IMG/VR virus record: IMGVR_UViG_3300016476_000882 | Coordinates: 1-41,655 of that record | Direction: 5' to 3' (one strand) | DNA: 41,655 nucleotides | From: a virus | Taxonomy: Duplodnaviria; Caudoviricetes | Shown: positions 1 to 9,116 of the stretch, piece by piece | How positions within the stretch are numbered: position 1 is the stretch's first letter | Layout: the number at the start of each line of letters is the position of its first letter | Program-made: the position numbers and the translations under genes | Notes under the pieces: generated by a model | The model's database searches: none | What the model saw: the letters and a program-made list of their open reading frames with translations, nothing else | What the model was told of the DNA's origin: nothing

Positions 1-1029
1 GCATTAGGAAAACCTAACATAATGAAAATGAGTTTTGACAGAATAGATTTACTTAATTTTATTGATAAAGAAAAATTTCAATACGATGAAAATTTTATTT
101 GGTGTAAATTAGGTTATTCACCAATTTCAAAAGATTGGAGTATTTCTTCTATTCAAAAAAGATATAATGTATCTAAACATAGTGTTGAAACTGCAATTTC
201 ATTGTTAATAAAAGGAAAGAAAACTACAAATCTTTCAATAATTGAATTGTCAGAAAATTTAATAAAGGATGGATTTATTAAAAATGAACCAATTAAAGTC
301 AACAGATTTATCAATATAACCGATGAACTTATGGAAGTTTTTGGATGGTATATCGCTGAAGGGTCAAACTCTAAAGGTAGTAGAATTGAATTCGATTTGA
401 ACAAATCTTTGCTTCAAACAAAAGCACAATTCATTAAAAATATTTGCGACAATACATTTGGTATTAATTCAATGATTGAAGACAATGGTAATAACAAATG
501 TAGAGTAAGATGTAATAGCCAAGTTATAAGCCACTTTTTTGCAGCACTATTCGGTGTTCACGCAAAAAATAAAAAAATACCTTCTATTTTGTATAATCAT
601 AAAAAAATAAAATATTTAATAAGAGGATATTTTCAAGGAGATGGCTACATTAGAGCATCGAAAAATACTATTTCATTTTCAACTATTAGTCAAAGTCTTG
701 CTTTTCAAATTAGGTCTATTTTATTATCATTTAATATTATGACTAGTATCAATTTTAATGAAAAAAGAAATATTTTTAATGTTAGTGTAACCCGCGATAG
801 TTTAGATAATTTTAATAATAAAATTTTTGAAGATGATTTATTATTGATGAGAAATACTATCAAAAATGAAGTAAAATTTAGAAAACATAAGCCTAAATTT
901 ATTGAAGATTATTGTTATTATTTTGTTAAAGTAAACAAAATTGAATTTATAGAGCAACATCAAGAAATGCTTGATTTGTGTATAGATGAGAGTCATAGTT
1001 TTGTAGCAAATGGTATCGTTTGCCACAAT
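1..1029 (+). mobile_element. Intein with LAGLIDADG homing endonuclease (partial)
   Basis: LAGLIDADG motifs VFGWYIAEGS and LIRGYFQGDGY; blocks F/G MLDLCIDESHSFVANGIVCHN followed by Thr. Confidence 0.9.
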
Positions 1030-1341
1030 ACTATTACCGAAGCGATGGCAGTTAAATTGCCAATAATTTCCCCAATACATACTTCAATCAGTGAAATTAC
1101 AAATGATGGTAAATTAGTTTACGCATTAGATGACCTTTGGGGGCACTTCCAAATTGAGGATGCTGAAAACATTCGTTTTAAGAGTAACCCAACACAAGTG
1201 GCTCAAAGGATGGTTGAAGTTTATAATGATGTAACTAGTGGTAGTTTTAAGCCGAACTACGAAGAAAAAATGGCTGAATATGAATGGGATAAAATTGCAG
1301 ACCAATGGAAAATAATAATCAAACGGATGCTCAAGATTTAA
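1..1341 (+). CDS. GT4-like glycosyltransferase (C-terminal part) interrupted by a LAGLIDADG intein; 5' end lies outside the window
   Basis: Frame is open from base 1. After the intein end (VCHN) the extein reads TITEAMAVKLPII...YEWDKIADQW, typical of the GT-B/GT4 C-terminus (EAMA motif, terminal W-helix). Confidence 0.8.
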   Translation, partial: ALGKPNIMKMSFDRIDLLNFIDKEKFQYDENFIWCKLGYSPISKDWSISSIQKRYNVSKHSVETAISLLIKGKKTTNLSIIELSENLIKDGFIKNEPIKVNRFINITDELMEVFGWYIAEGSNSKGSRIEFDLNKSLLQTKAQFIKNICDNTFGINSMIEDNGNNKCRVRCNSQVISHFFAALFGVHAKNKKIPSILYNHKKIKYLIRGYFQGDGYIRASKNTISFSTISQSLAFQIRSILLSFNIMTSINFNEKRNIFNVSVTRDSLDNFNNKIFEDDLLLMRNTIKNEVKFRKHKPKFIEDYCYYFVKVNKIEFIEQHQEMLDLCIDESHSFVANGIVCHNTITEAMAVKLPIISPIHTSISEITNDGKLVYALDDLWGHFQIEDAENIRFKSNPTQVAQRMVEVYNDVTSGSFKPNYEEKMAEYEWDKIADQWKIIIKRMLKI

Positions 1342-1481
1342 AATACTACTTTATTGCTTGTGGTATTGAAGTTTTAAACAATTTCATTTTAGTTCGTGCA
1401 ACTAATTTTGAAGAGGCTTGTGAAAAAATCAAAGAAAAAAGACCCGATATGAAGGTCTTTCACGATGCTACCATACAATAA
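1305..1481 (+). CDS. Small hypothetical protein (58 aa, not in ORF track)
   Basis: MENNNQTDAQDLKYYFIACG...DATIQ*; fills the gap and its stop overlaps the next ATG (TAATG). Confidence 0.6.
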   Translation: MENNNQTDAQDLKYYFIACGIEVLNNFILVRATNFEEACEKIKEKRPDMKVFHDATIQ

Positions 1482-1738
1482 TGACAAAGCACGAATTAGT
1501 AAAGAGACACTTGCTTCAGCATAAACTAATTACTAGTTGGGAAGCAATTGAAATGTATGGTGCTACGAGATTAGCAGCAATCATTTTTAATCTTAGGGGC
1601 GAAGGCTTCTTAATTGATTCTTACGATATTCAAGACCACGATAGACACGGAAATATTTCTACTTATGTTAGATATGTTATGTTGGCTACTCCCGAACAAA
1701 ATGAGCAAATTAAAAAGTTGCAACTGAAACTATTTTGA
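1481..1738 (+). CDS. Winged helix-turn-helix protein (HTH_39-like)
   Basis: ITSWEAIEMYGATRLAAIIFNLRGEG matches the phage wHTH pattern IT..EA...G..RLAA.I..LR. Confidence 0.75.
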   Translation: MTKHELVKRHLLQHKLITSWEAIEMYGATRLAAIIFNLRGEGFLIDSYDIQDHDRHGNISTYVRYVMLATPEQNEQIKKLQLKLF

Positions 1739-1739
1739 A

Positions 1740-2405
1740 ATGGATTACGAAGTAAAACCCATTGACTATCAAGATTGTAAGGAATGGTTTCTTAAAAAGC
1801 ATTACGCGCATAGAATTCCACCAATAGAATATTGTTTTGGATTGTATGATAAAGAATTACTCATTGGTGTTTGTAGTTATGGTACACCCGCTAGTTCTGT
1901 TTTAAGAAATTTATTTCCATCGTTTAAATTGTTTGAATTGAATCGGTTAGTTGTTAATGAAAATTTGCCTAAAAACACATTGAGTTATTTTGTAGCACAA
2001 ACATTCTCCTTTATGCCAAAACCGATTGTATTAGTTTCTTATGCTGATACTTCACACAACCATAAAGGATACATATATCAAGCAACTAATTGGATTTATA
2101 CGGGATTGTCGGCAAAGTTTATGGATTATATGGTTAAGGGTATGGAGCACTTACACGGGGCAAGTATTTTTGATATGTCAAGGGGTAAGGAAAATCGCGT
2201 TCAATGGTTAAAGGATAAATTTGGCGATAGGCTTTATATGAAAGAAAGACCACGTAAGCATAGATACTTTTACTTTTTAGGTGACAAAAGGGAGAAAAAA
2301 CAAATGTTAAAGGAATTGCCTTACTCAATAGAGCCTTACCCAAAAGGAGATAATAAAAGATATGACGCGAATCACCAAACAACAACACAAATAAAATTAT
2401 TATGA
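1740..2405 (+). CDS. mom: Mom-like (GNAT-fold) DNA modification enzyme
   Basis: HY start, GVCSYG.P, ELNRL, VSYAD, H.GYIYQATNW.YTG motifs typical of Mom-family proteins. Confidence 0.75.
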   Translation: MDYEVKPIDYQDCKEWFLKKHYAHRIPPIEYCFGLYDKELLIGVCSYGTPASSVLRNLFPSFKLFELNRLVVNENLPKNTLSYFVAQTFSFMPKPIVLVSYADTSHNHKGYIYQATNWIYTGLSAKFMDYMVKGMEHLHGASIFDMSRGKENRVQWLKDKFGDRLYMKERPRKHRYFYFLGDKREKKQMLKELPYSIEPYPKGDNKRYDANHQTTTQIKLL

Positions 2406-2632
2406 GTTACTTAAAAGCAGATGGATTTGATGAAGCCATTATTGGAATTGATGAAATTAATGAACGTATCATTTATTCAAAACAAAAAATGGTTGAAATA
2501 CTATGTAGTGATATGCCCGAAGATGAGGCTATTGAATTTTTAGAATTCAATACTTGGAACGCATACGTTGGGGAACACACTCCAATTTATTGTGATGTTA
2601 TGTCAAGTGATGAATTAGATAAGTTGCTTTAA
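2402..2632 (+). CDS. Small acidic phage hypothetical protein
   Basis: ADGFDEAIIG...EAIEFLEFN..AYVGEHTP pattern seen in many phages; ATGA overlap with the upstream gene. Confidence 0.7.
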   Translation: MSYLKADGFDEAIIGIDEINERIIYSKQKMVEILCSDMPEDEAIEFLEFNTWNAYVGEHTPIYCDVMSSDELDKLL

Positions 2633-2662
2633 AAGAAAAGGGTCACACATTCCGTATGACCC
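2631..2662 (-). terminator. Intrinsic terminator for the minus-strand gene (possibly bidirectional)
   Basis: Stem GGGTCA...TGACCC preceded on + by AAAAGAAAA (U-tract on the minus strand), between convergent genes. Confidence 0.6.
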
Positions 2663-2715
2663 ACTTCCTCATCCTTTTGGGGGTTGCTCAGACAAACCGT
2701 TTTAATAAAAACCGA

Positions 2716-2823
2716 TTAACGATTTTTGTAAACGAGGTAAGCGAGTAACGCAATGGTAACAGTGTTGTGAACATTCACACCACCTAACCAATTAGGACTT
2801 TTAATGTCGAAAAATCCGTTCAT
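2716..2823 (-). CDS. 35-aa membrane-anchored peptide (not in ORF track)
   Basis: MNGFFDIKSPNWLGGVNVHNTVTIALLAYLVYKNR*; A-rich upstream, hydrophobic C-terminus plus basic tail, terminator downstream. Confidence 0.65.
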   Translation of the reverse strand: MNGFFDIKSPNWLGGVNVHNTVTIALLAYLVYKNR

Positions 2824-2844
2824 AAAAGTTTTGTCAATTTTTTT

Positions 2845-2852
2845 TATATTTG
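2845..2852 (+). promoter_or_regulatory. Bacteroidota-type -7 promoter box (TATATTTG)
   Basis: Matches TAnnTTTG in the divergent intergenic region; a near match (GATATTTG) lies on the minus strand at 2859-2866. Confidence 0.45.
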
Positions 2853-3025
2853 ACTTTACAAATATCCACTAAATGCTCTTAATTCAAGTATCTTCTATTT
2901 TTTATTGTAATTTATTTTTAGTGGATAAATTAATGAACCATTGTAAATGCTTGAATTTCTGATGTTTTCAATGTTAATAAAACTAATTAAGTGAAAATAT
3001 TTAATTCAATTTCAACTAAAATCAA

Positions 3026-4141
3026 ATGCAAAAAGGTAGTAAATCAAAGGGAATGAATCTTGCTGATGTGGCAAAATTACACGGAATGACGGCTCAAGAA
3101 TTGATGCCTCAACTAAGAAAGGGTATTAAGCACGAATATGAGCACACTACTTCAAAACAAGTTGCTAGAAGAACTGCATTAGACCATTTAGTTGAATTCC
3201 CCGATTATTATGACCGATTAGATAAGATTGAGAAAATGCATTTGGGAGGCGATATGAGCAAACATTTAGCACCCAATGGGAAACCTAGCAATCTTAATCA
3301 CGAGCAGTGGCATTTAGTGCGTACTCCCGAATTCAAGGCGTGGTTTGGCGATTGGGAGAATGACCCCCAAAATGCAAGTAAAGTTGTAGATGAAAATGGT
3401 GAGCCCTTGGTGGTTTATCACGGAAGTATAAAAGGAATAAATGTATTTAAAACATCCATTGGTAAAAATTATTTTTCACCATTAAAATATATTGCTGAAG
3501 ATTTTGCCAAGTATAAATATGGGGATAATTCAAAAGTTTACGAGGTTTTTTTGAATGTGAAAAAACCAAAATATTTTGAGGAGATTGATTCAGAATTATT
3601 AGAATTAGAAGAAAATAAATCTAATGATGGAATTATTGCAAAGTATGTTTATGTAGATGGCTTCAATGAAGGTAAACAATACATTACATTTAATTCTAAC
3701 CAAATAAAACTTGCAGATGGTAGCAATACAACTTTTGATTCAGAAAATGCCGATATAAGATTTAAAAGAGGTGGAAGAACTATTGCTCAAACTCCCGCTC
3801 CCATTTCAGAAAGAATTTATGGAAGTAAAAAGAATGTTAAAGGTAGTGCTGCTTCCAAAGTCAATAGGATAACATTCACACCTCAATTAACGAAATCAAT
3901 AAAGAATAAAGTAGATGAGCATAACGAAGAATATCCCGATAATAAAGTTACACTAGCAACTGCAAAAGCGGTTGTTCGTAGAGGTATGGGGGCTTATTCT
4001 AAATCTCATAGACCTACAATCAGTGGTGGAATGCCGAATTCAAGACAAGCGTGGGGATTGGCTAGGTTAAATAAATTTTTAATGAAAAAGAGTGGCAAAC
4101 CCGTAAAAAAGGCTTACATTCAAGATGATGACTTATTATAA
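3026..4141 (+). CDS. Polyvalent protein: DUF5661-like domain + ADP-ribosyltransferase-like (ART-PolyVal) domain + basic C-terminal domain
   Basis: GIKHEYEHT...ALDHLVEFPDYYDRL; VRTPEFKAWFGDW, PLVVYHGS, YF, VYEVFLN.K.P, DGII, YITFNSNQIK; C-terminal VRRGMGAY..SHRP...WGLARLNKFL. Confidence 0.75.
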   Translation: MQKGSKSKGMNLADVAKLHGMTAQELMPQLRKGIKHEYEHTTSKQVARRTALDHLVEFPDYYDRLDKIEKMHLGGDMSKHLAPNGKPSNLNHEQWHLVRTPEFKAWFGDWENDPQNASKVVDENGEPLVVYHGSIKGINVFKTSIGKNYFSPLKYIAEDFAKYKYGDNSKVYEVFLNVKKPKYFEEIDSELLELEENKSNDGIIAKYVYVDGFNEGKQYITFNSNQIKLADGSNTTFDSENADIRFKRGGRTIAQTPAPISERIYGSKKNVKGSAASKVNRITFTPQLTKSIKNKVDEHNEEYPDNKVTLATAKAVVRRGMGAYSKSHRPTISGGMPNSRQAWGLARLNKFLMKKSGKPVKKAYIQDDDLL

Positions 4142-4142
4142 T

Positions 4143-4150
4143 TATATTTG
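4143..4150 (+). promoter_or_regulatory. Bacteroidota-type -7 promoter box (TATATTTG)
   Basis: TAnnTTTG in a short intergenic gap just upstream of ATG 4160. Confidence 0.5.
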
Positions 4151-4159
4151 TGTAATTTT

Positions 4160-5692
4160 ATGAATCGCTACGATGTAGAATATGAAAGAGTAAAGCGCAC
4201 TATGGAGAAAGGTGGAAAGGTTTCCGCTGCTTTTGAAATAGCGACTCCAACGGGGGTGAAATCTAAGTTAACCTACGTTGAACAATTAATCGTGCGTACA
4301 ACTGCATTTAAAAATTGGTTCGGAGATTGGGAACAAGCGGCTAAGATTTATATCCTCACTGAAAAAAATGAAGTTGATAAATTCCTTGAAGATGTAAAAA
4401 GAACTTTCAAAGAGAATTATCCCGAAAATGGTGATAAAGTTTATGAAAACTCATACAATTTCAATGATTTACTTACTTTTAAAAAGAGTTATGAAGGGGT
4501 AAGTAAATGCATTGATGGGGATACACTTGAGCCTAGTGTAGTTTATCACGGGACAAAAGCGGATGAGAAGTTTTATGAGTTTAAGACAGAAGTAACGGGT
4601 TCAACTAGACCTTACGCATATTTTGCCGTAAACAAAGAATATAGTAAAGAATTTTCAAAAACTATAATGTATAAGTGCTTCATAAGTGTTAAGAAGCCTT
4701 TTATGATTAATAGTTTCGCTAGGAAAACATTAGTCAATTGGATTGAAGATTTTATTACTCGTATTTTCCCTTTAAATGGTGTTGAAAGCAAAGATAGTCC
4801 TCAAGTATTAGATTTTATTACTTGGTCAGTTGGTGTAGCCTTTGAAAAAGACGAAAAATTCCCATTTTGGTATCTTATGTCGCGTGATTCCCAAGGGTAT
4901 TTTAAGAAAATGCTAGAAAGTTTTGGATTTGATAGTATTTTATATGGGGAAGAACTTTATGAGAAATTCGATTTTAGCGAGAAGGGGCAATTTACTAGGG
5001 CTTATACTATTTTCAATTCAAATCAAGTAAAATTGGCTTGGGGGCTTAATACTCAGTTCAATCCAATGATAAATGATATTCGATACGAAGAAGGCGGTTC
5101 GGTAGAAAAGAATATTATGTTACCCGATACAAGTGCAAAGTTCTCACACTTGAAAAAAGTGTTGAATATGCAAGGCTATCAACTAGAGCCTATAAATACA
5201 AAAATTAACGAAACGATTATTTCAGAAGATAAATATGAAGTAGGCGGTACTGTTAAACATAAAAAAGGAGAAACAAACGATGCTAAAAAAGGAGGATACT
5301 TCGAGGGTCGTTCACACGCTGATGGTGGCATAAAGGCGTGGAACATATCTACTAATAGCCCAATAGAAGTAGAGGGGGGTGAAGTTATCATTACTAAAAA
5401 AGCGGTTGAAGATGATGAATTGTATGAGTTTGAGGGTGAAATGCTCACCAATAGACAAATACTTTCTAAAATCAATCAAAGCGGTGGCGGTGTAGCCTTT
5501 GAAGATGGGGGCGAAATACACCAATGCAATTGTAGTGGTAAAATGTTTAAATTTGGTGGCGAAACAATGGAGGACTATATGGTTATAAAAAAACTAGGGT
5601 CTTCTTATGAATCAAAGAATCAAAAAAGAACTAAAATGGCAAAATATGGGCATCGTCTGATGAGCAAAATGAAACAAGGAGGTTTCATATAA
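4160..5692 (+). CDS. Polyvalent protein with a second ART-PolyVal-like domain and a G.SH..GGI/EGGE domain
   Basis: VRTTAFKNWFGDW, VVYHGT, YF, FIS.KKPF, FDSI, YTIFNSNQVK; GRSHADGGI...EVEGGEVII. ATG 4160 preferred over TTG 4148. Confidence 0.75.
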   Translation: MNRYDVEYERVKRTMEKGGKVSAAFEIATPTGVKSKLTYVEQLIVRTTAFKNWFGDWEQAAKIYILTEKNEVDKFLEDVKRTFKENYPENGDKVYENSYNFNDLLTFKKSYEGVSKCIDGDTLEPSVVYHGTKADEKFYEFKTEVTGSTRPYAYFAVNKEYSKEFSKTIMYKCFISVKKPFMINSFARKTLVNWIEDFITRIFPLNGVESKDSPQVLDFITWSVGVAFEKDEKFPFWYLMSRDSQGYFKKMLESFGFDSILYGEELYEKFDFSEKGQFTRAYTIFNSNQVKLAWGLNTQFNPMINDIRYEEGGSVEKNIMLPDTSAKFSHLKKVLNMQGYQLEPINTKINETIISEDKYEVGGTVKHKKGETNDAKKGGYFEGRSHADGGIKAWNISTNSPIEVEGGEVIITKKAVEDDELYEFEGEMLTNRQILSKINQSGGGVAFEDGGEIHQCNCSGKMFKFGGETMEDYMVIKKLGSSYESKNQKRTKMAKYGHRLMSKMKQGGFI

Positions 5693-6618
5693 TGGGCAAA
5701 GAAAAAAAGAATGTTGTAATAGATGGTTACACTTATTACAATGTTGATGTAAGCAATTACAATGGGGCTTACACTCTTCGTAGTTCGGGTATTGCCCAAG
5801 TTGTTAGGCAGTATATCAAAAGAAAATATGGAGATATAAAAGTTTGGGTAAGAACAAACGAATTTTCGGGTGGAAGTTCCGTAGATATTTATTTATGGGA
5901 AGTCCCCGATATGTGGGTTAAAGATATTGATAATTTTGCTGATATATTTGGTAAATACAATGCAGACCCATATAGCGATTATTGGAAAGGTAAAGATGCG
6001 AATGCCAAATTGGAAGATGGTACTTCTATTTCCAATTTTAGCCCTTATATGCACGTTCATAATTCTCCACCTTGGAATGCTAAGGAGAAAGATATGACAC
6101 CTCCTACTTATTCTGAAAAACCAAGTAAAACCACAAAGAAAACTTTCAGCAGAAAGAGCCCTAAGAAAACTAATGATTTAGAGGGATTTGAATTAATTCA
6201 AGATTGTGGTAATGGTTGGAAAATTTATAGAGGTCAACCCAAAACTTACAACTTATACGTTTTAATTAAGGACGAAAATGTTCCACCAAATCGTGAACAA
6301 TGGGCTGAAATTAAAGGCGATTTATTAGATGTTGGTTTCCAATGGAAATCAATGAACCAAAGATTTGAAAGATGGAGTTTGCCACTTGTTCCGATGTATG
6401 AAATAGAAAGAACTTGCAAAATTATGCAACGCTATTTTCCTACTTTCCAACCGACAACAAGTGAAGAACCATTGCCTCCTTCAGAACAAGAGGAAGAAGT
6501 AGATATTGCTAAATTTATTAGTGATTTACAAATACTTTTAGATGTATCTGAAGACGAAACAGAAAAACAAGAACTACAACAATTCATTTCCGATTTAAAA
6601 CTATCATTTGAAATATGA
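5692..6618 (+). CDS. LPD29-like (large polyvalent protein domain) protein
   Basis: IAQVVRQYIKRKYGDIKVWVRTNEFSGGSSVDI resembles the LPD29 consensus (IR..LK..FP..KFSVR...SGGSSI). Confidence 0.6.
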   Translation: MGKEKKNVVIDGYTYYNVDVSNYNGAYTLRSSGIAQVVRQYIKRKYGDIKVWVRTNEFSGGSSVDIYLWEVPDMWVKDIDNFADIFGKYNADPYSDYWKGKDANAKLEDGTSISNFSPYMHVHNSPPWNAKEKDMTPPTYSEKPSKTTKKTFSRKSPKKTNDLEGFELIQDCGNGWKIYRGQPKTYNLYVLIKDENVPPNREQWAEIKGDLLDVGFQWKSMNQRFERWSLPLVPMYEIERTCKIMQRYFPTFQPTTSEEPLPPSEQEEEVDIAKFISDLQILLDVSEDETEKQELQQFISDLKLSFEI

Positions 6619-9116
6619 CAATCGAAGAAAAAAATAATGCAATTGAAGCATTAAGGCGAGTAATTAATAATCCAATGACCCCCGAAAATATTAAAAGAAA
6701 TGCGGTGGTTAGGCTTGATAAATTGGTTAACGAAACAACAACTGATGAAGAAGAAAAAGCAGAAGTTGTAGAAGTTATAGAACCTACTCCAAAACCAACA
6801 AAAACACGCAAAACTAAAGAATCTTCTGAAAGTGTTGTGGATGCTATGCTAAGTACAATTAGACAATTGATGTTAGCACAACAAGGTACGGGAGTTGATT
6901 CTTTTGAAGTAAGAAAGTTAATCGAGGATTATTTAAACAAACGTAAAATTTCTTTGAGCGAATTAGATAGTTCGGTTATTGAAGAAATTAAGAAAAATCA
7001 AACAGTTGTTTTGACTTTGCCTCGTTACGATTTACAAATTACCTTAGATAAAGGAACTACAATGATACCAAACATTTTTGCAATCATCGATGATGTTTTG
7101 GCGGGTAATAACGTATATTTAATCGGTGAAGCGGGAGGTGGAAAAGCGCAACCATTGTCTGCTAAAATTGCAACACCGAAAGGTTGGATAACTTTTGCCG
7201 ATGTAAAAGTAGGTGATGATGTTTTTGGTGAAGATGGAAACATTTATAAAGTAGAAGGTGTTTATGATAGAGGCGAGAAAGATGTATTCATTGTAACTAC
7301 GTCTGATGGAGCAACTACTGAATGTTGTGATGAGCACCTTTGGGAAATTCAAACTAGGAATGATAGAAATAAAAATCGTAGAGGTAAAGTAATTCCTTTA
7401 AGTGAAATCAAGCCATTTACTGATAGCAAAAAGACAAATGCCTATTTGCCAATTGCTAAACCTATTAATTTTACATCAAACATCAAACCTCTTATTGACC
7501 CTTACGTTTTAGGAGTTTTAATTGGCGATGGTTCTTTAACTACTGATTCTATATCTATTTGCAATAATGATGAAAACATTATAAATGAAGTTTCTCGTTT
7601 ATTGCCAAAAGGAGTTAAATTATCTAAAAGAGTAATTCAAGACAGAGCAAATACTTACGGAATAGTTGGTGAAAATGGAGTAAATGTTGTCTTGAATGAG
7701 TTAAGAGATTTGAATTTGTTGTATAAAAAATCTATTGATAAACATATCCCATCAATTTATTTATATGGGTCTTTAGAAGATAGAATTTCTTTACTTCAAG
7801 GATTGTGTGATACTGATGGATATGCGGATGCAACTCATTTTGAATTTTCTACTTCAAGTGAAAAATTAAGCATTGATTTTGCTGAGTTGGTTAGAAGTTT
7901 AGGTGGAACTTGTAAAGTAACTTCAAGAATGGGGGCATATTCTCGTAATGGGGTAAAAAAACAAACTCATATTTCATTTAGATTGAGTTGCGTTTTCCCC
8001 GATGAGATTAATCCTTTTAGAAAATCCAATAAGAAGTACACTCATAATACTAAATACAAGGTTAAAAGGTCAATTGAAAAAATTGAATTTAAAGGCAAAG
8101 AGCAAGTAAGATGCATTAAAGTATCTAACCCTTCAAGTTTATACTTAACCGATGATTATATTGTTACGCACAATACTTTTACTGCCGAAAAAGTAGCGGA
8201 AATATTGAATCGTGACTTTATGGTATTGAATTGTTCTCAATATACTTCACCCGTAGAAATATTGGGTGGTCAAACTATTGAGGGCTACAAAGATGGTAAA
8301 TTGGTTTTATCTTGGAGAGATGGTAAAATTCTTATTTTGGATGAAATGCCAAAATTAGACCCTAACACTGCGGGATTATTGAACGATGCATTAGCAAAAT
8401 CTTCTAAAACAAGACCTAATGCCTACATCAATAGTACAAACCCATCAGAACCTCCTATACCAAGAAATGAAAACTTTGCGGTAATAGGAACGGGTAATAC
8501 TTATCCAAACAAACCAAACCCTGCGGGATATGTTGGTAACAATCAGCAAGATTTATCATTGCTAGACCGATTTAGCGGTTCTGTTTATTTTGTAGATTAT
8601 TCTGATTTTATCGACCAAGAAAGTTGTCGTTATCAGTTCTTATATGATATGTTGGTAGGTAACTATCACGAGTATGTAAGAGCGATTAGAAATAATCAAA
8701 CTGCACCTACTCCTAGAGGTTTAAGAACGATAATTGAAGCCAACAATATGAAGAATATGGCTTTAGTATCTTATCGTACTATTATTGCTTTCCGAGTTGC
8801 ATTTGAAATCGAATTAGTTCGTGCTATTGCAAAGAGTAGAGGTGATGAAGTTACAGATAGAGGTAAAACCGTGGTTAAAGCATACGAATCTTATTTGGTG
8901 GCTTTCCCCGAAGCATCTAAACAAACTTTAATCCGTTTGAGTGGATATACAAATGATAGTGTAAAGACCTTAACTGCTGATGTAATTGATTTGATTGTTA
9001 ATGGAGGTGAGCAAGGTTTCTTAGCCACTCTTACACCCGAAGTTCGTCAATATGCATCTCCCGTTTATCAAGAAAACTTAAACTTCCTTATTGCAGAAAA
9101 CTTCATCGTTTCTTAA
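6615..9116 (+). CDS. MoxR/CobS-like AAA+ ATPase containing an intein
   Basis: Walker A GEAGGGK/T split by an intein, Walker B ILILDEM, sensor-1 TGNT, LLDRF arginine finger. Confidence 0.85.
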   Translation: MTIEEKNNAIEALRRVINNPMTPENIKRNAVVRLDKLVNETTTDEEEKAEVVEVIEPTPKPTKTRKTKESSESVVDAMLSTIRQLMLAQQGTGVDSFEVRKLIEDYLNKRKISLSELDSSVIEEIKKNQTVVLTLPRYDLQITLDKGTTMIPNIFAIIDDVLAGNNVYLIGEAGGGKAQPLSAKIATPKGWITFADVKVGDDVFGEDGNIYKVEGVYDRGEKDVFIVTTSDGATTECCDEHLWEIQTRNDRNKNRRGKVIPLSEIKPFTDSKKTNAYLPIAKPINFTSNIKPLIDPYVLGVLIGDGSLTTDSISICNNDENIINEVSRLLPKGVKLSKRVIQDRANTYGIVGENGVNVVLNELRDLNLLYKKSIDKHIPSIYLYGSLEDRISLLQGLCDTDGYADATHFEFSTSSEKLSIDFAELVRSLGGTCKVTSRMGAYSRNGVKKQTHISFRLSCVFPDEINPFRKSNKKYTHNTKYKVKRSIEKIEFKGKEQVRCIKVSNPSSLYLTDDYIVTHNTFTAEKVAEILNRDFMVLNCSQYTSPVEILGGQTIEGYKDGKLVLSWRDGKILILDEMPKLDPNTAGLLNDALAKSSKTRPNAYINSTNPSEPPIPRNENFAVIGTGNTYPNKPNPAGYVGNNQQDLSLLDRFSGSVYFVDYSDFIDQESCRYQFLYDMLVGNYHEYVRAIRNNQTAPTPRGLRTIIEANNMKNMALVSYRTIIAFRVAFEIELVRAIAKSRGDEVTDRGKTVVKAYESYLVAFPEASKQTLIRLSGYTNDSVKTLTADVIDLIVNGGEQGFLATLTPEVRQYASPVYQENLNFLIAENFIVS
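7146..8174 (+). mobile_element. Class-3-like intein (343 aa) with LAGLIDADG endonuclease
   Basis: Begins with Ala (AQPLSAKI); block B EHLW, block F VRCIKV, block G IVTHN/T; DOD motifs LGVLIGDG and LQGLCDTDG. Confidence 0.88.

Noticed and set aside
2402-2632. YLKADG as a member of the virion ADG motif set
   Set aside because: It is part of this small protein family's own conserved N-terminus and lies outside the structural module.
2633-3025. tRNA or structured ncRNA in the longest apparent intergenic region
   Set aside because: No cloverleaf or T-loop motif seen; the region is explained by a terminator, a small minus-strand gene and AT-rich promoter DNA.
5280-5480. GRSHADGGI...EGGE motif as evidence of a tape-measure protein
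   Set aside because: The protein has no long helical tape-measure region and no tail genes are nearby; the motif appears as a mobile module.
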